Below the pieces are notes generated by a model that ran no database searches, was not told where the DNA came from, and was given only the letters and a program-made list of their open reading frames with translations. From Camelus dromedarius (Eukaryota): a DNA stretch of 64,000 bases. Made by a program: the position numbers and the translations under genes. Positions 1-12,516 of the stretch are shown piece by piece; position 1 is the stretch's first letter; every line of letters begins with the position of its first letter. Location: NCBI RefSeq assembly GCF_036321535.1, contig NC_087437.1, forward strand, positions 30,506,001-30,570,000, given 5' to 3'.

Positions 1-607
1 TGTCAATTTTGTATATTTATCATAGCTGGGTAAAATATTAACTTGTCCTAAAAGGAAGAGCTCTAAACACTAAAAATAATTTTTCCCCAACTCATTTTAT
101 TTAGAAATTTCTGGAAATATTAAATTCTAAAATACTTCAATGATGCACCTTGGAATTTTTTTAATCAATAAAAGCACACAAATGTAGCCTCCCACCTCCC
201 TTTCCTTAAGATAAAATTCTCTGAAAGATGTAACTTATTGATGTACTTGCAAACCAGTGACAATAGAAGTTTGCCACCCACTCAAAACTACACACAAAAA
301 TTATCTTCATTATTTCTATTCTTTCCCTCTAAATTCTTATTTTTATCCCCACCCCCACCCCCAGGAAAGTAAAACTGCATGAGCTTTGCTTTTCATAAGA
401 GTATTTTTCTGCCAATAAGTGTAAAATTCATCTGATTTTTTTCCCACATGAATGATATATTAGTGGAGACACATGCTCCTCCAGGGGCTGGGCATTTGTA
501 ATCAGATCATGTGGCAATGACTTACTCTGTAGCCATTTAAATTAGCAGCATTATATGACAAGACCAACGGGTAGCAACTTGGTGGCCAAAAAAGAGTCAG
601 GCCGCCT

Positions 608-735
608 TGGGTTGAGCTTTCTTGATGTTATTCTTTAACTATGTGATCTGGGGGCAAGTTAATCTGGTTCAAATTCTTCATTGCTACAAATAGGATTTTT
701 AAAATGTCCATCTTATAGCTTTGCTCTGATTATAC
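608..735 (+). mobile_element. MIR SINE fragment (diverged)
   Basis: MIR core-like 'actatgtgatctgggggcaagttaatc...ttcttcattgctacaaatagga'. Confidence 0.45.
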
Positions 736-1094
736 TAAGAAAAGAAAAGAAAAAGAAAACTGTGTAGACTTTAACCTACAATAAGACTATAAAATATCCC
801 CACAAGATTCATGTATTTTTAATGCAAGTTGCCTAATAGACTGAATTATACAGATAATGCAAAAAAAAATGCTTAATTCTGCCTTAAGTCTAACTCAAAA
901 GCAATGTTTTAATCTTCCTTGTCTTTTAAAACCTATATATGATTTTTTGAAAGTACCTGAATGATTCCATATCACTAAGACTGATATATAGGGGAAATTC
1001 CACTGCAGGGTTTTCTGTCTGATGCTCTTCAGGGAACAGACTTCTCAAATCACACATTTAGCTATTTCTAAAATTAGCGTGCATTTCTCACTTG

Positions 1095-1112
1095 TTGCCA
1101 CTAGATGGCACA
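1095..1112 (+). promoter_or_regulatory. CTCF-binding-motif match
   Basis: ttgCCACTAGATGGCAca, close match to the CTCF core CCASYAGRKGGCR; motif only, occupancy unknown. Confidence 0.55.
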
Positions 1113-1287
1113 CAGATACATACATAAACCAATGAATTGTTGTACAGGAGGAAATCAATCTGGGTTAAAATAAGCCTTGTTAAAACCACATGGCCATAAC
1201 ATTTGAAATGGAGGAAGATGGAGAGTACCTGGAAAACCATTATCTTTTTGACAAGAAATGATATAGGGAATTAATCATTTAGCGATT

Positions 1288-1710
1288 GTATTAGTTTCCC
1301 AGCTGTGTTTAAACAAAGTACCAGGAACCCAGTGGCTTAAAAATAACAAAATGTATTACCTCACAGTGGAGGAGCCTAGACGTTGGAAATCAAAGCGTCG
1401 GCAGGGTTGATTCCTTCTTGAGGGAGAATCTGTTCCAAGTTCCTCTCCTAGTTTCCGGTGGGCGTCAGCGATCCTTGGCGCTCCTCAGCTAGAAGATGCA
1501 CCCCCCCCCCCCACCTCCGTCTCGGTCTTCACACGGCCTTCTCTGTGTCTGCACGTGGCCTTCTGTAAGTCTAGCAGTCACCGGACTAATCCAGTATGAC
1601 CTCATCTTAACGAATTACATCTGCAAAGACCTTATTTCCCAAGAAGGTCATATTCTGAGATGCCAGGTGGACATCGACTTGGGGGGACATTATTCAGCAC
1701 AGTCCACACA
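1288..1710 (-). mobile_element. MaLR solo LTR (MLT1C/D-like)
   Basis: Begins tgtattagtttcc (reverse of the MLT1 3' end); contains 'gtggcttaaa...acaaaatgtattacctcacagt', 'atgacctcatcttaac', 'tctgcaaagaccttatttcc'. Confidence 0.8.
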
Positions 1711-1784
1711 GCAACACCCAAACTGGGCAGCCAGGTTTGGAGCCGCGCTGTGAGATGCATGGACAAGCCAGGTTAATGGAAGCA

Positions 1785-1937
1785 TCGCGTCTTCATCTTG
1801 TGAAAAAGGAACAGTAACAGTAAGTGCCTCATAGTGCTGTGAGGAGTAAATGAGGCCGTACACGCCATGCACTTAGCGCCTGGCGCATAGTAAGTACTCG
1901 CTAAATATTAGCTCTTACCCTCGTTATTATTATTATT
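1785..1937 (+). mobile_element. MIR SINE 3' half
   Basis: 'gtgaggagtaaatgag...cacttagcgcctggcgcatagtaagtactcgctaaatattagct' plus (tta)n tail. Confidence 0.75.
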
Positions 1938-3654
1938 AGTGCAATTAAAAATGAGGCCTCCTACCTTACATTCTCTCCAGAGCCTGACATAAAGGGTTCT
2001 CTGGTCTGAGCAGAATGCATTTCTCAAAAGACCCGGCCTGGCTTCTGTACTGTTTCCCTCCAGCAAATGGTCTGCAAGCCTGTGTCTCAATTTTTTTTTT
2101 ATCACTTATTTATCCAGCTTCCTGAGTCTCCTTTCCAAAAAGGATTTGTGATGGCAACGTCCTGGTGCTCTCTTCCTGCTTCCTCAGGTTCTAGAAGTGC
2201 CCAAGAACGGTCCCTACCTGGAAGAGCTAAGGGCCCCGCAGCCTTTTAGTAAAGAGGTAACGGGGGCAACAAGATGCAGCCACTGCCCAACCAGAAGCAG
2301 CACCAGCTCAGGACCAGGGGACAGGGTTGCACCCAAGTGCACAGAAGGGGAGGGCCAGGCTGGGTCTGGGCAGGACAGCAGAGGCTGTGATGAAGTAATC
2401 GCACTTGGGGCCCAAAGGCAGAAATAGATCTGGTGGATAGAAGTGACACTTGAGGGGAGAAGCCTCCCCTCCCAACCTCTGTGAGCCCCAAGGCACTCCG
2501 GAGGGAAGGCGTTCAGGGACAGACTGAGCACCAGCCAGTCAGAAGGAGAGACGCTTTCAGATAGAAGGTGGGACCAAAAAAGCAGTGAGTGAGGAGGAAG
2601 TGTCTCTTTCCAGGGTACCCAGGCTCAGTGAGCTCTGAGAGCCCCCACCTTGTTCCCTGGGTGCCTCAGCTTTCATCCTCTAAAAGCAAAAGCATCACCC
2701 CTGCCAGAGGCCTGCTCTGCCTTCCCCATTCCCTTCCTCATGGAAGGCCCTCCAGGCTTACCAGGCAGAGGCAGGGGTCTTTCTGGAGCCTTCCCTTCCC
2801 TTCTCGGTCTATGTCCTATGGGCTCAACAACTTCAGAGTCACATGAGTCCATCCCCTCTGCCCCTGCCCCTCCCTAGTGCCTAAGGAACAAAGCAGAACA
2901 AAGTCCTCGGTGTGAAACTCAAGGCCTTTATAACCTGCACCCTTGTCTACCTTTCAAAGCCTCACCTTTAGGTCCCTCCACAGGTACCCTAAACTCCCTC
3001 CGTGACAAACCATTCTGTAGTGACTGCTGAATGAATGTGGGAATAAATAAACGTGGCACCACAGAAGGAAGTTTAATGTTTCCAAATATTTTGCTGTCAA
3101 ATTCTACCTCTTAATAAAACAAACACTCTGGGGTTTTCTTATTAGATTGACAGTCTATTGTGGATTTAAAAGAAACTTATCCTTAAAAAAAAAAAAAAAA
3201 AAAGGACCCTATCCATTGTGAGATTGCAACTTTCTCGGTCCTAGCATAGTACCTCACACAATGTTATTCGATGAATGGCAAGATCTAAATTCTCAGGCCC
3301 TGGGGACTTCAAGATTGAGTTTTCTTCCAAGGTTGGGTCTTTGACACAGAGCCTGACAATCTGTCTTGTACATGGAAGGAGCAGAAGTGACTGACCTGGA
3401 TTAATGCACCTGCTTCCACAGCAAGAAGCCCATGATAGACAACTGACACAAGGGGCGGGGGCTCAGAGGGGGAACTGAGGCCAAAGAGGAAGTGACATGT
3501 GCAGGGAGGAGACAGATGAGGGGCTAATGCTGGTTTGTGGCCGGAGCCTGCTGTAAAAGTCCTGGAGACGAATCCCAGGGTGGATTAAGTCAGGTGACAT
3601 ATGAAGACATCCACGCTGGAGCCCACGTGGCTGGGGCACTCCTCCACATGGGCC

Positions 3655-4403
3655 TTCTTCAAACTGAACTCTGTACCCCCAAAACCATACGTTGAAGCTC
3701 TAACTCCCAGTGTGATGGTATTTGGAGACAGGGCCTGTACGGAGGTGATTAAGGTTAAATGAGGCCGTAAGGGAGAAGCCCTAATCCGATAAGATTAATG
3801 CCCTAAGGAGAGGCATAGACACCAGAGCATGCTGTTCCCCTCTCTCCCCTCCCACCTGCTGTGCACACAGAGGACAGGCCATGTGAGTCATAGCAAGAGG
3901 GTGTCTGCAGGCCATGAAAAGAGCTGTCACCTTGAAATAAATTTGCTGGCACCTTGATCTCCAACTTTATCATAGTCAGTTTGGGCGGTTTTAACAAAGT
4001 ACCATAGACACAGGAGAAACTGGCCTATGAACAAGAGAAATTTATCTCTGGAGATGGGGAGGCTCAGGGCAAGATGGCAGCAAGGTCAGCTGAGTTCCCT
4101 CTCCCCACTGGCTGCAGACAGCCAACCTCTCTTTGTATCCTCACGTGGTGGAGAGAGAGCCAGCGAGCTCTCTGCCCTCTTCTTACAAGGGAACTCCACC
4201 CTCATGACCTAATTAACCTCCAAAAGGCTCCATCTCCAAATACCATCATATTGGGATTAGAATTTCATCATGTGAATTTTGGGGGTAACACAGTCAGTCC
4301 ACTGCAGACTTCTAGCCTCTGGAACCACAAGAAAATGAGTGTGTATTGTTTAAGCCACCAAGTCTATGGAATTTTGTAATGGCAGCCCCAGCAGACTAGG
4401 ACA
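3655..4403 (+). mobile_element. MaLR solo LTR (MLT1B-like), interrupted by a second LTR
   Basis: 'gttgaagctctaactcccagtgtgatggtatttggagacagggcc...taaggttaaatgagg'; resumes at 4307 and ends 'gcagccccagcagactaggaca'. Confidence 0.8.
3968..4306 (-). mobile_element. MaLR solo LTR (MLT1A-like) nested in the MLT1B-like LTR
   Basis: 'ccctcatgacctaattaacctccaaaaggctccatctccaaataccatcatattggg'; 5-bp TSD aactt (3963-3967) / gactt (4307-4311). Confidence 0.8.
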
Positions 4404-4502
4404 GGTCTCCCTGGAAGGACCAGGCCCTGCACCAGTGTAAGAAGCACTCTGGTCTTCCTGTAGAAGATTCGCAGCATGGTGGCTGCAAAAGACAGCCCCT
4501 GA

Positions 4503-4533
4503 CACACACACAAACACACACACACACACACAC
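4503..4533. repeat. (CA)n microsatellite
   Basis: Direct read. Confidence 0.95.
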
Positions 4534-4628
4534 GAGGTAAAAGAACCAATCTACAACCACGAAGGACTGAGTATTAACCAAGCAAAGCAAAGGAAGAGAT
4601 CCTGGAAGTAATCCTGTGCAAGACACCC

Positions 4629-5690
4629 ATGGCCAGATCTCTCTCCAAGGAAGCTATTGAGGGAACCTGCAAGGCAGGGCATTAAAGCAGTGACTTGTGC
4701 AGTTTGTGGACTCAGAAACATCAAAATTGTCAGTCACGCTGTCCCAACATGATTGGCTTCCAGGTGTCTGCCAGGTCCTTACTTGTTACTCACCCACTTG
4801 CTGGCTGACCGTTGCTGGGCTGCTTCTACTTCAAGATCAACAGTCTTATCTCCATGACCATGAAGCTTCCTGATTCCGTTTTGCTTCGCTTTGGAGATCT
4901 GCGGAATTGGAGCCACCATGAAACCAGGCATCTCTGGGTCTCTGGCATGTCTGATCAATGCAGGATCACCTTCCATCTTTTTCTCTTTGCAGAAAATCCC
5001 TTTAACAACGTTACTGCATCCGTAAGGATGCCATTAAGGAAACTGCTTCCTCCTGTCAATCTTTTTGACTTTTCTCCATTATTCAAAGAGAATTTATTTA
5101 CATGTCTGCTAAGAGTTAATGATGCCAGATTATAAAAAACATTTTTGAAAACTCTCTGGTCATGAAATATGCAGGTTGATGTCTGGCCCAACAAGTTCCC
5201 CAACATTGGAACAATAAAGTGACCCGCAGTTAAACCTCACGGGTGTAGAAGACTGGAAACAACCTCCCCTCCGTCTGTGAGCAGTGACGATGCTTGACTT
5301 TTTAACCACTACAAAAAGCAAATATGTTTTCTGTTGAAATCTACTGGATCGATCATTTCTATATTCCTGCATCATTGCAGGAATTTTGCATCATGGCCAA
5401 AGGGGTATTTTGACAATGTTCTAGGTAGACACTTGCACCAAAATAATTCATCTACCATTGCATAAACTTTAAAGAATGTCATCCAGAACCTTGCATCTGT
5501 TACTCTCAAGCAGTTTGCGGTACACTTACAGTTAAACCACTAAACTGGGGGCTGGGGGGTCAAGATGGCCTGTGCAGGCTTTGGGGAAGTACAATAGGGG
5601 ATCTGTGAACCCCAGGGTGGTGGAAAGCTTCATGCACCAGGAACCTTGGAATCTGGCTTTCCCTGGCCACTGACTGATCCCGTTGGATGA
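4629..5690 (+). other. Unidentified decayed coding-like segment (candidate virus-derived or processed-pseudogene insert)
   Basis: About 1.06 kb from cccATGgcc to TGA, matching no repeat I recognise; one frame has a 107-codon open stretch; only weak, ambiguous motif resemblances (see findings). Confidence 0.3.
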
Positions 5691-6365
5691 CCTGGGAAAC
5701 ATCTCAGTTTCTCTAGCTACAGAGGTTTTGAATAATTAATTAAATAATCAAACAAATGTTTAGTTACCAGTTTACTGTTTATATAACAAACTAGTTAAAC
5801 TTATGCAGAAAATCTTATTTTCTGGCAGATTTTTTTCAGGATTAAAAACACAAAAAGAATCTTATTTAAAAAAATTATCTCTTCATGCATTAACAGAAAG
5901 CTTAGAGAAAACTGGATATATTGACTAATTAAAACTGCAATCTATGCCTCTAAACTAGATGAGGGCATAACAACGGGATTCTTGACTGCACTTCTAGCTT
6001 CTAACCACCAGGGGTCATGACTTGCGCTCTTTGGCAAAGAACAGAGCGAGCTGGCTGTGATACAAAATGTCAAGAGGGATATTCTCCTGGTGGTTTGAGC
6101 AAAGACCCAAAACCAAGAACAAAGGCACTAAAGGCCCTTCTCGGTTCACAGAGCTGACAGCCTCTGCGTGCAGCTGGAGCCCATAGCGGGACCTGCAGGC
6201 TCACCACGACTCCCCAGTGCTACCTGAGCTCCAAGAGCATCCCGCCCCTCCTCAGATTAGACAAGAGCAGGGAGGGAGTCTCACTTGGGCGAGGAGAGCA
6301 ACCCTGGAGAGAATTGCGACCTTCCTTGTGGGGAAGGCAGACCCTGTCCCTCCCCCATGCGTGCG

Positions 6366-6367
<2 letters not shown>

Positions 6368-6431
<64 letters not shown>
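6368..6431. repeat. Long perfect (CA)n microsatellite
   Basis: Direct read. Confidence 0.95.
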
Positions 6432-6435
<4 letters not shown>

Positions 6436-6456
6436 CATGAAAATCATAGACAGATG

Positions 6457-6475
6457 TGACGTCTAGGGGGCGCAA
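6457..6475 (+). promoter_or_regulatory. Partial CTCF-like motif
   Basis: gacgtCTAGGGGGCGCaa matches the 3' part of the CTCF core; 5' CCA is imperfect. Confidence 0.3.
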
Positions 6476-6692
6476 GAGAGCTTTAAGAGGAGTTTGAACT
6501 TGAAATTTAAAAATGAATAAAACTAAGTCAAATGCTAAAATAAGATTGGGATAAATCGAAGTGACTGTACACTCAATGGTTACCCTCAGGGTGGTGCGCA
6601 AGCACTACCTCTTTTTGAAAAGTGTCTGCTCTCTTTCCCCTAAACCTGGATTTGCAGTGAACCAGATCACCCAAAACAGCTGGGAAAACAAA

Positions 6693-6694
<2 letters not shown>

Positions 6695-6725
<31 letters not shown>
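6695..6725. repeat. (CA)n microsatellite
   Basis: Direct read. Confidence 0.95.
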
Positions 6726-6731
<6 letters not shown>

Positions 6732-7627
6732 AACTGACAGTTCATGGAACTAGTAAGACAAACCTTAAATATGATAAAACTCATAATTTTGTTTGATAAA
6801 CAGATATAAATTCAACTTTATGAAGGAAGATTCTAATGATAGACTCTTTAGGCAGTCAGAGTGGGTGTGGAGACAAGGCGAAAACATGTGCCAACCCCCA
6901 TGGGGCGGGTCAGACAGGACCTGTCATGGTCAGCCTGACTCCCTACCTACAAAGAGTGAAGCTTGGCTTAGGCAGTCTCTGGGGTGCCCTGCCACTCTCA
7001 GATTATAAAATCATCTTTATTAAAGCACATTCTCTATTTTTCACATCCTTTAAAAAAGCACATAAAGTTGCACCACACTGAAAGTTTCAGCTCTGGAAGG
7101 AAGGCAAACCAGACTCTTGGACTCCAGTGTCTAGAGAGGAAGGCAGCGGCTTCCTACCCAAAACAGGTGGTGCCCTCCTCCCTCCCGCCTCCAACCTGCC
7201 AACGGCCCGAGATCCAGACGTTGTTTCCTAGCCAAGTGCTTGGAACTCAGAACCCCAGAAAAGCACAGTGACTTATCAGTGTTGTGTGGCTGGTTAATGA
7301 ACTTGGACAACAGACTGGTTCTCCTAAGTGCCTGTCCAGAGCTGAAAGTTAATCAGATTCACTCACACGTTACAGAGAATAGTGAGGACAGTGCCTCCCC
7401 AGAGAGACTCCCTCTGCCACAATCTCATCCAGTCACCAGCAGATCCAGATGCCATTTCCATGGCCACTGCCCCTCCCTGGACCATCTCCTTTCTTATGTT
7501 TGTCTCCACTTCAGTGCTGGCCTCCCCATGCCTGCTGTGTCTCCCCTCCCTCCTCGACTCCTCCCAAACGTAATAGTAATATTCTCTGCAGCACTTTACA
7601 GCGGACAAAAGGCTTTTTCCTGAGAGC

Positions 7628-7740
7628 ACATTATCTAAATCCCACCACAGTTCGAGCCTGTGGTTAGGGACCAATCCCATTCTACAAATGAGGGTACTGA
7701 GGGTGGGGAGAGGGGGACACTCCCAAGGTGGCAAAGTTAG
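7628..7740 (-). mobile_element. MIR SINE, split by an LTR (resumes at 8766)
   Basis: 'cccattctacaaatgagggtactgagg...cccaaggtggcaaagttag' continues as 'ctagtaaatggtaga' after the LTR. Confidence 0.65.
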
Positions 7741-8765
7741 TGTTGAAAACAAGACAACAGGCTAAAAAATTGACTCTTTCTGTTACTGAACCAAACCTGG
7801 GTCTGCTCACGCACAGTAAAGCCAATCTACTGACATCGGGCCATGGTGAAGGAAAGGACAGTGTTTATTGCAAGGCACCCAATGTGGGGCCAAGCAAGGA
7901 GAATGGGCAGCTCATGCTCAAAAGACCCAAACTCCTCGAAGGCTTTCGGAGAAGGGGTTTTAAGGGTGAGGTGAAGAGAGGGTTGCAGGGTGCCCGATCA
8001 GCTCATGAACACTCTTCTGATCGGTCAGTGATGAGGGAATCGAGCCTCAGCATCATCAGCCCGGAGGTTCCAGCTGTCGGGGGTCTGTGTGCCTGTGGTC
8101 AGCATGCAGTTAACCCCTTCCACCTGGTGAGGGTGTTAGTATCTGCAAAACACCTCAAGGTTACTGCTCAAAGTGTTTGTTATCTACAGCCCTTGAGGAG
8201 GAACTAAAGGTCTTTAACTTCGTTTTATGGCTAAACTATTATTATTTTGTCTTGCCTGACTGTCTTCCTTTGTTTCTGCATTTTCTCACTTCTTTGATTA
8301 AATTTGCTCTTTGGGATTCAAGGGAAGGTCTCGGAGGCTAAAGCTTTTCTACAAACAACAGGCAGGCAAGGCATGTGGGGGTTCTGTCCCCAGGAAGGCT
8401 CCACAGTGTTCTGTTCTATTTCAGTTAATGCTGAGTCCCACATCTCCAAACCAAGACTTAATTACAGTTTCAGCTCTCCCAGAAATGGAAGCTTAAACCA
8501 GTCAATCGGGAATCAGCACTAGTTAGGTAATCTGCCTGATAGACCCCTGACACCCACTAAAGGAAGGTAACCTTGCAAAAACCAATCTATTTTTTTTTTT
8601 TGCAAGTCCCTTGTTCCTGCTCTCTTCTTCCTATAGAAGTTTTTAACGTGTACAGCTTTTCAGAGCTCCTTTATATCTGCTAGATTGGATGCTGCCAGAT
8701 TCACATTGATTTTTACCCAAATAAACTCTTATAATGTTTAATATGCCTCAGTTTATCTTTTAACA
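7741..8765 (+). mobile_element. ERV1-class solo LTR (MER34/MER4-group-like), interrupted at 7781-8423
   Basis: TG...CA ends (tgttgaaaac...tatcttttaaca), AATAAA near 8719, 4-bp TSD ttag/ctag. Confidence 0.7.
7781..8423 (-). mobile_element. ERV1-class solo LTR nested in the LTR above
   Basis: tgttactgaaccaaac...gtaaagccaatctactgaca...gtttattgc (AATAAA on the minus strand)...ctgttctatttca. Confidence 0.7.
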
Positions 8766-11700
8766 CTAGTAAATGGTAGACATGAGAATATATTCTCCAT
8801 CTTTGTCTCCCCCATCTTTTTCTTCACTTTCTTTAAGATTGTGATGTTTTAAAATAAGAAATTGTGCCTCATTACCAAAAAGTGTGTGTGCACTTAAAAT
8901 GCAAACTGTGTTAGTTATGGGTGTTTGACCTTATCACCCACCTACTGATAATTTGCCCCCTGATGACAACACCATTGTTCTTACTCTAATTCACTTACAT
9001 CCACAAGAAAGGTGGCCATTTTTTGTCTTTTGTTGTTGTTGTTCTTTTCTCAATGACTTGAACAGTGCCTGACACTTAGGCTCAAGAAAGAGGTTCAAGA
9101 AAGATCAGTTGGGTGAGCGAATAAGCCAACCAGTATATACATACTAAAAAAAAAAAAAAGCCAGTGTAGACTCCTTTAGAATTAGAAACATAGCCAAAGG
9201 CATTCATCCTTGTGAAAAGTTATTTTTAAGTAAGATAGAATGATTCTAAAAGATAAATTTTAAACGTGATGAGAATTGTGATTTGTGATTTTTGTTCAGG
9301 TTATTTATCCTTTCTTTCTTTTCTCCCCCTCTTTCCAATGCCATTGCTAGCATTGCCCAAGACAACACTTCCCCAGTTCCAGTCTGAAGGTCAAATGAGA
9401 ATCCAAGAGTTTATATATGCTTGTGTGTGTGGACCCGTCTGTGTGCCTGCGTGTACACACAGGCATGAGTTATTGAGGGAAGAGTTGGGAGCAGGTGATG
9501 GACAAGTAAGAATGGAAAAGGAAGGGGGAAACGGCAGGAAGCAGCCTCCCACCTCTTTGCCACTTAAAGAAGTTGATATAAAAGCACATATATTCAGGGA
9601 AAGGTTGCTTCCACCGCCAATGGGACAGGTTCCAGGATGATAAGGAAGGGCCTCAGCAGACAGCCCTACTACAAACCATTTAGGGGACAGTCTGAATCTT
9701 GCGTTTTACAAAAAGCTCTCATCTGGAACCACTGTCTCAAGTGTCTTTCTTTGCATATCACATAAACAATTATTCTAATGTCGTCACGTAAATTGACTCC
9801 GAGGGCAAAACTTCTCCCAGCATTGCATTGCTGATTTTTCATGAAGCCTTAAACAAAAGCCTCTTTGTTTGAGAGATGTTTACAAAAATCATGTCCATCG
9901 CATGGGGTGCAATGAACTGAAAATGAATGAATCAGACTGAATTTTAAAATCATTTGGTAAAAATAAATGGATGTGAGTATAACCATGACTGATCCAGCCC
10001 AACCATTCCCTTGTTCCATAAGATTCTATCTGGGACTGGGTCACTTCTCCCTCACCCCTTCCCCCTCCCCTCACCTGTCCCACTTCCTCGGTTGATAGTG
10101 ACGTGCAAGAAGGAATACCTGCCTACCTCCTCCCCACTCTGAGGAAGGGCACGCGGCTCGTTGCTTGGAGCTCTGCAGACTGCCGCCCTAGGAAGGAAAC
10201 CCGCCGTGTGATCACTGCAGGGCCTGCCTCCAGCAAAGGCCACCTTGGAGAGGTCAGCTGAGCTTCGGGAGAATGGGATGAGGTTGCCGTTTTTTAGATC
10301 ATGGAAATGCACAGCTACTATTTTAGAGCATTGTTAAGAAAATGTGGGTAAGGCCTTCATCACCCCAATCATCATAACATCTAATATTTCCATAGCGCTC
10401 TCTCAGAGGTGGTAAATTATTGGTCCAAATACCAAGCTTGGCCAGGCTTTTGGTTTTTGTTTAATTAGTCACCATCATTTAAAATTTGGGACACCTTAGA
10501 TTTTAAAAAGTGGATTTCCACCTTCTCTTTAAGAAATAATAAGCTCTTCTATTTCAGGCCTGTGTTTCTTCATGAAACAAAATCTCTGGAGTCGAGTGGC
10601 AGCTCACCTTCTCCGACAGGGCGTGGTACCTCTGGTTCACCACAGGCCCCACCGCTTTCTCTTGTGTGGCACACAACCCACCACAACTCATTCATGTTAC
10701 CTGCCTGAACCATCTGAATCTGCACCTTCTGATTTTCACTCAACAAAATATTTCTGAAAATGTTCTTTTTACTGCTAATTAGAAACCCACGTGTGCTCGT
10801 TGTTAGTTTATGAAACATTGTGCATCTGTAACTTGCAGTTAACGGTATTTCCACAATGAATGTCTTTACCACGTCCCTTTAGTCTTGAGACATATAATGG
10901 GACATCGAATGGTATTTTTCTTCTTGTCTCAGAATGTTTAAATCCCAGTGCTGAGGGTAACTAGTGCTCATGTCCTCAAACCCTAGAGAAGGGCTGCTGG
11001 GCATATTTCATGAGAATCACAGAAAGATACAGAAAGCCATCCCCCAGGCCTTCACTCCTATGTGAAGGGAGTCCATGTAAGGAAAAGCACTGAAATCCAG
11101 AGGGCAGACATCAAAGAGCCCTGGGGAGACAGCTGTGGTTCCTCCCACTCTGGAACCAAGGAAGGGGGAGCTCAAAAGCATCTCTTGGAGAGGTTAGAAG
11201 TGCCTGCAGGGAGGGGGTCCTGACATCAATCTCCTTATCTGGATGCAGCCAAGAAGCAGAATCTCACAGGCTCATGCTTCCAAGGAGGACCACAGGGAGG
11301 GAGCACCTGGGATAACTTGCCATGCCTCCTCTTGACTTGGGAGCATGCCTGAACAGAGCTGCGGTCCACTTATCACCTGGAGATGCTTTCAGGCAAGAGG
11401 CGAAGGAGGCTGAGCAGAAAGGGCAGCAGTGGGGTCACCTGCACTCTCCCCCAAGGATGCTTGCATATCCTAGGGCGTCCAGAAGTAGGTGAGTTTCAAG
11501 ACTGTTTTAATCTAGTGGCTCGTTAGTCACTAAGGGCTCAGATTCTTTCCCTTTACTTCACTTTCTGAAAAATTAAGGCCTCTGAAAGCTGCCTAGAATT
11601 CTGGTTTCAAGATGTCATTTCCTAGGGTTTCATCTGCCTCTGCTCCATCCTGAAAGAAAGCGTGTCAAGGTCTCAGCATTTCAAGAAAGGGTCCTGAGAT

Positions 11701-12344
11701 GCACTCCTGTTGCCTCAGTTAAGGGCATACTCCAGGCTTGAGCCAATGACCGTGCACAGAGGAGTTGTTGAGAGGGTGTGGGTGGTGATGGGCTTAAGCT
11801 GGTTAGCATCCATCTCAGAAGCAACATTTGAGCTTTAAGGGTAGAGAAATCCAACTGAATGAAAACCAGTTGGAAACAGGGAGTGAATGGAGTAGGCCAC
11901 CAATATTTGTGCTCTGCAGAAGCATTAAAGATATTTAAGTAAGGAGTGACACATCCAGTCATGGATTTGCAGTCATTTTGGCTGCAGTATGAAATTTGAT
12001 ATGCAGGAAGGCAAGACTGGAATGGGTATCTTTCCTATGAACAAAACCTTTGCTATATTTGAAAGTAAAATCTTAGACTTTAATATGTGCCTTGGTAGTT
12101 ACATCAAAACTTGAAGCAGTGAAGAAATGAAGGCAAATATTTCCCAACATTGTCAAACATCTCTAAGTACCGCTGACGTGTCTTCAACCTATTAAAACCA
12201 CTTCTCTGAAAACCCTGCTGTCAACATGGATACAACTTCCTAGCTAAAAAGCACTGAAGATAGGTGTGTCATAACTAGATCTACAGTAGTTTGACTTGCT
12301 TTCAAAAGAAATAAATATCTCAGCTCCTATTTGCACCTAAATGC

Positions 12345-12516
12345 ATACTCATTCACACACACACACTCATGCACTCACATGTGCTTACATACACTCACAC
12401 ACCGACACTCATAACCACACACACAAATGCACATTCACATGCACACTCATGCACTCACAGACAGCCACACACAATCACACAGAGTCGCACTCTCATGCAC
12501 ACACTTTCTTACACAT
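12345..12516. repeat. Degenerate (CA/CT)-rich low-complexity tract
   Basis: Direct read; explains the His/Thr-rich ORF at 12369. Confidence 0.85.

Noticed and set aside
4812..5330. hAT/SPIN-like transposase C-terminus (RFGD, ENPF, FPNI, SVCEQ, TKSKY)
   Set aside because: The motifs fall in three frames with wrong spacing and no terminal inverted repeats; kept only as an alternative to test.
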